A DNA stretch of 52,985 bases from a virus (taxonomy: Duplodnaviria > Caudoviricetes), in IMG/VR virus record IMGVR_UViG_3300036790_000826, positions 1-52,985 of that record; one strand, written 5' to 3'. Below, piece after piece: positions 34,791 through 42,157 of the stretch. The notes beneath the pieces were generated by a model. The model was not told the origin of the DNA. It made no database searches and worked only from the letters and a program-made list of their open reading frames with translations. Both the position numbers and the translations under genes were made by a program. The number at the start of each line of letters is the position of its first letter. Position 1 is the stretch's first letter.

Positions 34791-36049
34791 TCTTCACGTC
34801 GCCCATGCCCTTCGGGGCCGCCGTGCAGCGCCTCGAGTCCAAGACACCGATCGCCGCGGATCTCTCGTCCGCCGAGTGGTCGCAGATGCAGCTCGGCATT
34901 CTTGACCGCTCCTTTTTCTCATCGCGGGTCAACGATATCCGGACCGTCGCCGAGATGCAGTCGCGTATCTCGGACGCGCTCACCCTCGTGCGCCGGGACG
35001 GGGGTGCATTCATGGACCGGAGCCGGTTCATCGCCGACATGCGCTCCTACCTGGGCGCCGCGTCTGGCGACAGCGGGGAAATCACCGACCTCACGAGCGC
35101 AGGCCGCCTTGGCCTCATCTACGACTTCAACGTCGAGGACGCCATGGAGTACGGTCGCTGGATGGCGCGCCAGGATCCCGACATCCTGGACGCCTTCCCC
35201 TGCAACGAGCTTGTGCGGATTGAACACCGCGAGGTTCCGCGCGGATACCGGCGCGGCGCCAAGGGGCGCCTCGTCGAGGTGCCGGACGAAAGCTGGCCCT
35301 CTCGGTGGGCCGCAGCCGGCGGGCAGTTTGTCGGCGGCCGCATGATCGCCGCGAAGGACGATCCGATATGGACGAAGATCTCGCGCTTCGGGCGCCCCTG
35401 GCCGCCGTTCGATTTCAATTCAGGGATGGGACTGGCGGACATCAGCCGCAAGGAGGCAGAGCAGCTCGGCGTCATAGATCCCGACGCTCCGGCGCCCAAG
35501 CCCCAGCACCTGGACTTCAACCACAACCTCCAGTCGTCAATACCCGATGCGACTCCCGAAGTGCTCTCGCAGCTGGAAAAGGTGTTCGGCGACCAAATCC
35601 AGGCAGACCGGGATGGCAAGGTCGTCTGGCAAGGCCAGCGCCTGGCCCGCCTCTATTCGGCCGCGCTTGCCGATTCCTCGGTCAAATGGTCGCTCAACCT
35701 GGGCGAGGCGACTCCTGAAGCGATCGCCGCGGCGAGCGACCTCGGCGTGGACCTTGAGGGAGCGAGCCTCGTCATCGAGGCCGACGAGATCCGGCATGCG
35801 GAAAATCGTCACGGCGCGGGCAATGAGAGCCGTTCGGACCAGCGCCCGCTGACGAGCCTCGACTTCCAGCTCGTCCCCCACGTCTGGCGGAATCCGGACA
35901 GCGTCGAGCTGGGGGACAAGGACGGGACGCTCGTCTTTTCAAAGTCGCTCCTGGGCGAAGCTGCCATTGTCACCTACGACCGCCAGGGCAAGTCGGGCAA
36001 GTGGGGTTTCCTCACGATGTACGTTAAAACGAAAGGAGGGACGCTGTGA
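34787..36049 (+). CDS. MuF-like head morphogenesis protein with C-terminal extension resembling a PBECR nuclease
   Basis: RL.LIYD.N, DPIW...PPFDFNSG MuF-like core; C-terminal IRHAENRHG...QRPLT..DF..VP.V..NPD. Confidence 0.7.
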   Translation: MIFTSPMPFGAAVQRLESKTPIAADLSSAEWSQMQLGILDRSFFSSRVNDIRTVAEMQSRISDALTLVRRDGGAFMDRSRFIADMRSYLGAASGDSGEITDLTSAGRLGLIYDFNVEDAMEYGRWMARQDPDILDAFPCNELVRIEHREVPRGYRRGAKGRLVEVPDESWPSRWAAAGGQFVGGRMIAAKDDPIWTKISRFGRPWPPFDFNSGMGLADISRKEAEQLGVIDPDAPAPKPQHLDFNHNLQSSIPDATPEVLSQLEKVFGDQIQADRDGKVVWQGQRLARLYSAALADSSVKWSLNLGEATPEAIAAASDLGVDLEGASLVIEADEIRHAENRHGAGNESRSDQRPLTSLDFQLVPHVWRNPDSVELGDKDGTLVFSKSLLGEAAIVTYDRQGKSGKWGFLTMYVKTKGGTL

Positions 36050-36173
36050 TGCGTCCCTCCTTCGCCGCCGGTTGCCTCGATGGCGCCTTTTACAGCTGCC
36101 CCCTGGCGGAACGGCCGAACCGTTTCCCGACGCGCAACGGGAAATTGAACGCGCTCAGCGCCGATCGCAAGCC

Positions 36174-36809
36174 ATGAGCGCAATCATCACACTGGGCCGG
36201 GATGAGGCGACCCGCGACCTGGCGGTCCTCTACAGCGGCCTTGGGACCCCCGAGGCGCGGGTGGCGCTGATGAATGTTGTGGGCGTCCGGGCCGACAAGG
36301 AGCTGCGGGCTTGGTGGACTCGGCGGGACGCCAATTCGCCGAACAAGCATGGCTGGACCCCGCGGCAGCACTTCTGGGCCCGAATCGTCAAGGCGACCGC
36401 CTTCGACCCGAGCAAGACGACGGAGGCTACGGCGACGGTCGTCGTGTCGGAGCCGGCGCTCTCGGCCAAGATATATGGCGCCACAATCAAGCCCACGGGT
36501 GCCGTCAGCCCTAAGACAGGGCGGCCGACCCAGAATATATCTATCCCGATGGTGGGTGCGGCATACGGATTGTGGCCCCGGGGCAATCCGACCCCCGGCC
36601 TCTTCTTCATTAAGAAGACTCATGGCAATGGCGGCTTCCTGGTGGCCCGCGACGGCAAGGGGCTCATTTTCTTCTATCGCCTGCTCCCCGAGGTGACCGT
36701 GCCCAAGGATCCCCAGGCGCTTCCGCCCGCGGACCAGCTGGGGGCGGCGCTCGCGGACACGGCCAACGATTTCTTCAGGCGCAACGCATCCGAGGGAGGG
36801 GTGAGCTGA
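36174..36809 (+). CDS. Virion morphogenesis/neck protein (Mu G-like)
   Basis: YGATIKP...ISIP and VTVPKDPQALP patterns; start ATG 36174. Confidence 0.55.
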   Translation: MSAIITLGRDEATRDLAVLYSGLGTPEARVALMNVVGVRADKELRAWWTRRDANSPNKHGWTPRQHFWARIVKATAFDPSKTTEATATVVVSEPALSAKIYGATIKPTGAVSPKTGRPTQNISIPMVGAAYGLWPRGNPTPGLFFIKKTHGNGGFLVARDGKGLIFFYRLLPEVTVPKDPQALPPADQLGAALADTANDFFRRNASEGGVS

Positions 36810-37273
36810 TGCCGGCGCTGAATCCATTCTTTGCCCTGCAGCGCAGGATCGCCGCGCTCCTGGAGGCGAATGCCTACTTCACTGGCCTCACCGCGACCGG
36901 CCAGATCCTGACGGAGGAGATCGGCGACCTGGAGTTCGTGGTCATGAACAAGCTGCTGCCTCTGTCCTTCGGGGTCGTCGTCACGACGGCCGCAGGCAAG
37001 GCGCGAGAGAACGAGTACGAGGTCCTCATGACCGACGAGGACCTCAACGTCTCGATCATGTGGAATCCGACCACGGATCCCAAACACAAGATGCTCGACG
37101 CAGTAGCGGCCGCGATCGCCGCGCTGCAGAACCAGTTTGTCCAGGAGACGCCTCCTCCCGCGCCGCGGCCTTTCGATTACTTCCGGATCACCGGGCACCA
37201 GAAGCGCCTCGATGGCCCTCCGGGCGTGAACGTCCACGAGATCTACGTCCTAGCCGGCCTGCGCCTCTCCTAA
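36809..37273 (+). CDS. Tail completion/terminator-like protein
   Basis: Size and position immediately before the tail tube; TGATG coupling. Confidence 0.5.
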   Translation: MPALNPFFALQRRIAALLEANAYFTGLTATGQILTEEIGDLEFVVMNKLLPLSFGVVVTTAAGKARENEYEVLMTDEDLNVSIMWNPTTDPKHKMLDAVAAAIAALQNQFVQETPPPAPRPFDYFRITGHQKRLDGPPGVNVHEIYVLAGLRLS

Positions 37274-37311
37274 GTTTCCGTCCAAAACAACCATAACAGT
37301 CGTCTCATAAA

Positions 37312-37854
37312 ATGAACCTCAAGCGCATCGTCACAGGCTCACAGTCCATCTTCTTCCCGGAGGGCGGAGCCTTCACCATACCGGCTGCTGGCATAGCCGG
37401 CGTCGCATCGAAGCCCGGCGCCACGGATCCGGCCTTCCTCGTCCTCGGCGCCATCAAGTGGTCGAAGAATCCGACCCACAAGACCGAGAACTACATGGAG
37501 GCCTCCCCGGGCTCCTACGTGGCGACGGACGAGATCGTCCTCAGCAAGGGCATCACTCTGAAGGGCAAGCTGGAGAAGCAGTCCAACTTCGCCGTCCAGC
37601 TGCAGCAGGCCTGCGCCGCGCTGCCCGTGTCCCCCGCGGCCGGCGGCGTCTTCAACCCGCTCTCCGGGCCGCCCGTCGTGCGCGGCTGGCTGCATGTCCA
37701 GGAGTACGACCAGAACGACACCCTGGTGAACACGGTGGACTACTGGGTCGCCATGAAGGCGAGCGGCGACACCAACAACGACGACAAGGCCACGGAGACG
37801 CCGATCGAGGCCGTGGTGCTCTTCTCGACGCTCAACGTCGGCACCCTGGCCTAA
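37312..37854 (+). CDS. Major tail tube protein (probable)
   Basis: 180 aa, beta-rich, strong codon bias, followed by a hairpin; no sheath gene present. Confidence 0.6.
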   Translation: MNLKRIVTGSQSIFFPEGGAFTIPAAGIAGVASKPGATDPAFLVLGAIKWSKNPTHKTENYMEASPGSYVATDEIVLSKGITLKGKLEKQSNFAVQLQQACAALPVSPAAGGVFNPLSGPPVVRGWLHVQEYDQNDTLVNTVDYWVAMKASGDTNNDDKATETPIEAVVLFSTLNVGTLA

Positions 37855-37873
37855 GCCAACCCAACGCTAGCAG

Positions 37874-37906
37874 CCGGAAGGGGCGACTTCGCCCAGCCCC
37901 TTCCGG
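37874..37906 (+). other. GC hairpin after the tail tube gene
   Basis: CCGGAAGGGG...CCCCTTCCGG inverted repeat; no T-tract. Confidence 0.5.
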
Positions 37907-37921
37907 CCGCTGCCATCACAC

Positions 37922-38353
37922 ATGAGTTTCACACGCACCACGACCGCTCCGGGCGTCATCGACGACATCTCGCCGGGCACGCCCACGGACGCAGCGCCGG
38001 GGCAAGTCGCCCCGGCAGCCCGCAGCAACACCGCGCCCGCCGACAGGACAGGCGCAGCCAGAACCGCGACGCCCCCCGTGTCCTTCGACATGCTGGACGG
38101 CACCGCCCAGCCCCTTCCCAACATGCCATCCGTATTCCAACCCGCATTCAACGGCCTCACCGGAGGCGGCAACAGCCTCTCCACCCTCACCGCAAGCGCA
38201 GCCGACATCGGCAAATTCATCCAGGGAAAGGACGGCGCCCAGATGAGGAGCTACGAAGTCTGCGCCGGCGCCGACGCGACGGCCGCTCCCGGCATCATTC
38301 GCCCGGCGAACTTCGACGCCGTCAACAACGCCGTCGTCTTCGTCGAGCGCTAG
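37922..38353 (+). CDS. Hypothetical tail-associated protein without signal peptide
   Basis: Pro/Thr-rich N-half, then GLTGGG...Y...AG.DA...PGIIRP motif; directly before the fibre-like gene. Confidence 0.6.
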   Translation: MSFTRTTTAPGVIDDISPGTPTDAAPGQVAPAARSNTAPADRTGAARTATPPVSFDMLDGTAQPLPNMPSVFQPAFNGLTGGGNSLSTLTASAADIGKFIQGKDGAQMRSYEVCAGADATAAPGIIRPANFDAVNNAVVFVER

Positions 38354-38380
38354 ACGCCCAACCCAATAGGAAATCCAACC

Positions 38381-40144
38381 ATGAATCGCTTCCTCCTTCT
38401 CTGCGCCCTCGCGGCCGCGGCCCTTGCGCCGGCGGCCCTGGCAACCAACACGGGCTCCGAGCCCTTCTATATATCGTCCGATGGGAACGACGTCGCCCTG
38501 GAGAACCTGGTCTTCGACAGCGGCACGTCGATCAGCGGCACCGGCACGTTCGATTTCAGCGCCGGCACGCTGATCATGTCGGCGAACACGAATATCCCGG
38601 CGCTCACCATCAGCGGCACGGCCGGCGCCGGCTTCCTGGATCTCACCTCGCAGTCGGCGGTTCCCGCATACCTCTCGGGCAGCATCCGGCTCTATTCCGA
38701 TGCGAGCAACAAGCTCGCCTGGATCGGAGCTACCGGATTCACGCGCAGCTTCGACGGGTCGATCACGGCGAACCGCGTCTATACGCTGCCTGACGTATCG
38801 GGCACCCTCATCACGAGCGGCAACCTTTCCAGCATCACGACCGTGGGGACCCTCACGTCCGGCGTCTGGAACGGCACGGCGATCGCGAATGCCTACCTGG
38901 CTAACTCCTCGGTCTCGATCGCGGGCAACTCGGTCGCCCTGGGCGCGTCCCTTTCGCTGGATACCCTGACGGGTGTCTCCACGAATGGATTCCTGGAGAG
39001 GACGGGCGCCAACGCGCTCACTTCCCTTGGGTCGACGGGCGCCGGCAGTGTGGTGCTTTCGACGTCCCCGACGTTGCTGACATCGCTCCTGGTTACGCAG
39101 ACCGGGTCCGGACCTTCTTCGGCCCAGCTGAGCGCCAGCGTCAACGCGCCCGCCGTCTCCTACACCTCGAACACGACGGGCGGCTTTCACTACGCCCAGG
39201 TGAATTCGAACGGGACACTTGTCTTGCAGATCTTCGACAGCGGCCTTGCAGCGATCTCCGCCAGCTCAACTGGGGGCCTCGCGGTCGGGGGCGGACTCAA
39301 CGTCTCAGGGACGACGGCCGCTACCAGCACGTCCTCGGGCGCGATCGTGGACGTCGGCGGCCTCGGGGTCGCGGGAGCCGTCTACGCGGGCTCCCTGAAC
39401 ACGACGACCATCGGGTCAATAAGCTCGGCCGTGCTTACCATCACAGGAGGGACTAGCAACTCCACCATCACGCTCAACGGCACGAGCACCTCTCCGGAGA
39501 ATAGCTACGCCGCGCCGTCCAGCGCCACGACCTCGCAGGTGGGTCATGCTTTTACCTTTGCAAGCACGTCGAGCGGCGGCGGCACGGCGGTCGGCGCGCG
39601 TATTGTCGACACGGTGAACCAGAGCGGCAGCTCTGGCTTCGTCGACCTGTTTATCAACCGAACGCAAACCGCGACGGGGTCGGCTGCGGAAGCCCTCGCT
39701 CAATTCAGCGTCGGGTCGACAGCCTGGTATACCTTCAACATAGGCAACGCGGCCACCACGGGGGACTTCAATGGATCCTCGGGCACGGCCGTGGCGGCCG
39801 ACTTCGAGCCCAACTTCTCTGGCGAGACTAGCTCGGCCGGATGGACGGCGCTAAAGGTCAATGCGACCGACGGCAGCGGAAGCGGAACGAAGACGCTCAT
39901 CCAGGGGCTCCTCGGCGGATCCTCGGTCTTCAGCGTCCTAAGCAACGGCAACCTCTCCGCGACCGGCACGGTCGGCTCGGGCGGAGCGGTCCTCGCCGCC
40001 ACGGCTCCGACTCACGGCGCCGGAACCTGGGGACTCGGCACCATCAGGACGGGGTCCGGCCTCGCCGTTTCCACCTCCAACGGTCTTGAGCTCTCCGTCG
40101 GAGGAGTCGTCTACGACGTCGCTCTCCTCACATCCACTCCATGA
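38381..40144 (+). CDS. Tail-fibre-like Gly/Ser/Thr-rich protein with predicted Sec signal peptide
   Basis: MNRFLLLCALAAAALAPAALA|TN; fibre-shaft-like motifs TANRVYTLPD, ITTVGTLTSGVWNGTAI, GSVVLSTSPTL and ATSTSSGAIV..GGLGVAG. Confidence 0.75.
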   Translation: MNRFLLLCALAAAALAPAALATNTGSEPFYISSDGNDVALENLVFDSGTSISGTGTFDFSAGTLIMSANTNIPALTISGTAGAGFLDLTSQSAVPAYLSGSIRLYSDASNKLAWIGATGFTRSFDGSITANRVYTLPDVSGTLITSGNLSSITTVGTLTSGVWNGTAIANAYLANSSVSIAGNSVALGASLSLDTLTGVSTNGFLERTGANALTSLGSTGAGSVVLSTSPTLLTSLLVTQTGSGPSSAQLSASVNAPAVSYTSNTTGGFHYAQVNSNGTLVLQIFDSGLAAISASSTGGLAVGGGLNVSGTTAATSTSSGAIVDVGGLGVAGAVYAGSLNTTTIGSISSAVLTITGGTSNSTITLNGTSTSPENSYAAPSSATTSQVGHAFTFASTSSGGGTAVGARIVDTVNQSGSSGFVDLFINRTQTATGSAAEALAQFSVGSTAWYTFNIGNAATTGDFNGSSGTAVAADFEPNFSGETSSAGWTALKVNATDGSGSGTKTLIQGLLGGSSVFSVLSNGNLSATGTVGSGGAVLAATAPTHGAGTWGLGTIRTGSGLAVSTSNGLELSVGGVVYDVALLTSTP

Positions 40145-40551
40145 AGGCTAAAATCACAATCCTCGCGATTGCCCTTGCGGCGGTCGCTTTCGCCCAGACG
40201 CTCACGCCCACCCCGACGCCAACCGCAACGCCGACCCCGGTGATCGTGCAGTCGCCGGAATATCCCTGGCGCCTGCAGGTGGACTTCACCTACGTGGACG
40301 GCGCGCTCACCGCCGCTCCGATCACGCAGTTCTACCAGAGCGACATCACCCAGGGCTCGGACGTCATCGCGCAGCCGCCCAGCGTGCCGCCCAGCCTCAC
40401 TGTGGACCTGGTGGCGAACGGCTCAAAGACGGTCACGATCGGCGGCACCACCTATACCTATGCGCAGGTGATTGCCATGATGACGGCGATCTTCGCCCAG
40501 GAAAGAGCCGCGCAGCTGGCCCCGACGCCCACTCCGACGCCGACGCCCTAG
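40141..40551 (+). CDS. Secreted protein with PT repeats at both ends
   Basis: MKAKITILAIALAAVAFA|QT; TPTPTP runs at the N- and C-termini; ATGA-coupled to the fibre-like gene. Confidence 0.75.
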   Translation: MKAKITILAIALAAVAFAQTLTPTPTPTATPTPVIVQSPEYPWRLQVDFTYVDGALTAAPITQFYQSDITQGSDVIAQPPSVPPSLTVDLVANGSKTVTIGGTTYTYAQVIAMMTAIFAQERAAQLAPTPTPTPTP

Positions 40552-40562
40552 CGGCCGATTCC

Positions 40563-41033
40563 ATGACGCGCCAGGACATCGAGAACCTGCTCACCGACAA
40601 GGAGAGCTCCCTCGGCCAGCAAGTTCCCTTGCTGGAGAACCTCGCGCGCTTTGGCGGCCTCATCTATGCCAAGCCCGAATGGGCCTGGATCGTGGGGCCG
40701 TTCCGCGAGCTCGTGAGGGCCCGGCTCTGGTCGGATGGCCTCGATACCTGGCTCGTCAAGTGGGAGTGCCGCGACTTCGCCAGGGCGTTCGCCTGCTACG
40801 CCCAGGAGTGCAACGCCCTGACGCCCGGCGCCCCCAAGGGCAGCGACGCCCTGGCCGTTGGCGAATTCTGGTTCATCCCGGATGCCTCGCGGGGTCTCGC
40901 TCCCGCAGGCACCGGGCACGCAATCAACATCTGCATCACCGAGAAAGGGGTGCAGTTCATCGACCCTCAAAACTTCACCGAATGGATACCATCCTTAGAC
41001 GAATTGGCTTCGTGCTTATTTCTGCGGTTCTGA
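40563..41033 (+). CDS. Papain/transglutaminase-like cysteine protease domain protein
   Basis: WECRDFA (Cys), GHAIN (His) and FIDPQ (acidic) triad pattern. Confidence 0.6.
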   Translation: MTRQDIENLLTDKESSLGQQVPLLENLARFGGLIYAKPEWAWIVGPFRELVRARLWSDGLDTWLVKWECRDFARAFACYAQECNALTPGAPKGSDALAVGEFWFIPDASRGLAPAGTGHAINICITEKGVQFIDPQNFTEWIPSLDELASCLFLRF

Positions 41034-41095
41034 TCGGCGCCAGCGGGTGCGCGACGACCTCCACGAAGCTGCCCCCCGTGCAGTACGCACCCTGA
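40982..41095 (+). CDS. Very small lipoprotein (37 aa)
   Basis: MDTILRRIGFVLISAVLIGASG-C lipobox; overlaps the 3' end of the protease gene. Confidence 0.45.
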   Translation: MDTILRRIGFVLISAVLIGASGCATTSTKLPPVQYAP

Positions 41096-41101
41096 TTTAC
41101 C

Positions 41102-41551
41102 ATGAAAACACTGAAGACATTCCTGGCCTCGGGCCTGCTCCTCGCCGCGGTCACCGTCCGCGCTGACAACATCAAGCTGAACTTCGTCCAGCAGACCGGC
41201 GTCCTCCAGGCCCTCCAGGGCCTCGATGGCACCGCGAGGCTCGACAAGGAGAACACCAAGGTCGTCGTCGGCTTCGACTTCGCCGGGTCGACGCGGATCG
41301 CGATCATGAAGGACATAACCGCCCTGCAGGCCGGCCTCCAGACGGTCCGAGAGGCCGAGGCCCATTACATGAAGGGCCACGGCATTGCCGAGGTGAAGAG
41401 CGCCACGCCTGAGCAGCTTGCCGCGATGGACGAGATCGCGAACACCCCGTCGGACGTGACTCTCATCAAGTTCTCGACCGACGACCTGCGTCTCGACTCG
41501 AACGCCATTCCGGGATCCGTCCTGGCGGCGTTGGCGCCCCTAATCAAGTAG
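41102..41551 (+). CDS. Secreted helical protein resembling fibre-associated accessory proteins
   Basis: MKTLKTFLASGLLLAAVTVRA|DN; C-terminal IPGSVLAALAPLI. Confidence 0.7.
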   Translation: MKTLKTFLASGLLLAAVTVRADNIKLNFVQQTGVLQALQGLDGTARLDKENTKVVVGFDFAGSTRIAIMKDITALQAGLQTVREAEAHYMKGHGIAEVKSATPEQLAAMDEIANTPSDVTLIKFSTDDLRLDSNAIPGSVLAALAPLIK

Positions 41552-41555
41552 CGCC

Positions 41556-41990
41556 ATGGACCCTCTCGCCGAAGTGCCGCCCCCTACGCTCCGTTTCAAG
41601 AACGGGCAAAGCGAGCTGATTCGCTGGACCGAGCTTGGCATCGCCGAGCGGCACGCGTTCACCAACCTCCTCGCCGAGGGCAGGACTCCCGAGATCGTGC
41701 TCCTCTGCACCAAGCGGAACGCCGCCTGGATGGAGAGCCTCGACTTCGATTCCTACCTGGAGCTCGCCAAATACTTCCTCAAGCGAAATTTTCGCTGGGC
41801 CCTCGCCATCGTGACGCACGATCCGGTGATGGGCCTGAAATGTGGGACGTTGATCCTGGCGATTCAGATATCATCCGGACTTTCGACGAGCTCTGCGCCT
41901 ACGCCCGCCGGTGCGTCGACCGATGGGAAGGAGACGCCTGGCGCGCCTGCGCCAGCGGCTTCTGCGCTGGAGACCAGTCAAAGGTCCTGA
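41556..41990 (+). CDS. Tail assembly chaperone (gpG-like)
   Basis: Position just before the TMP, with an overlapping -1 frame ORF. Confidence 0.55.
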   Translation: MDPLAEVPPPTLRFKNGQSELIRWTELGIAERHAFTNLLAEGRTPEIVLLCTKRNAAWMESLDFDSYLELAKYFLKRNFRWALAIVTHDPVMGLKCGTLILAIQISSGLSTSSAPTPAGASTDGKETPGAPAPAASALETSQRS

Positions 41991-42157
41991 CCCACAGCCC
42001 CAAGGACATCCAACGGTACATCTTCGAGCGAGACCGCTACCATGCACGGCGCCAGCTGGAGCTCATGGAAAGCTGCCTCCTCGGGATGGTCGGCGGAGAC
42101 GACTACAACGCGGCCGCGACAAAGCTAATCGAGATCATCGATGCCGAGCCTGGTTGA
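41786..42157 (+). CDS. gpGT-like -1 frameshift extension
   Basis: The -1 frame is open from heptamer A AAT TTT (41786-41792) to 42157. Confidence 0.5.
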   Translation, partial: KFSLGPRHRDARSGDGPEMWDVDPGDSDIIRTFDELCAYARRCVDRWEGDAWRACASGFCAGDQSKVLTHSPKDIQRYIFERDRYHARRQLELMESCLLGMVGGDDYNAAATKLIEIIDAEPG

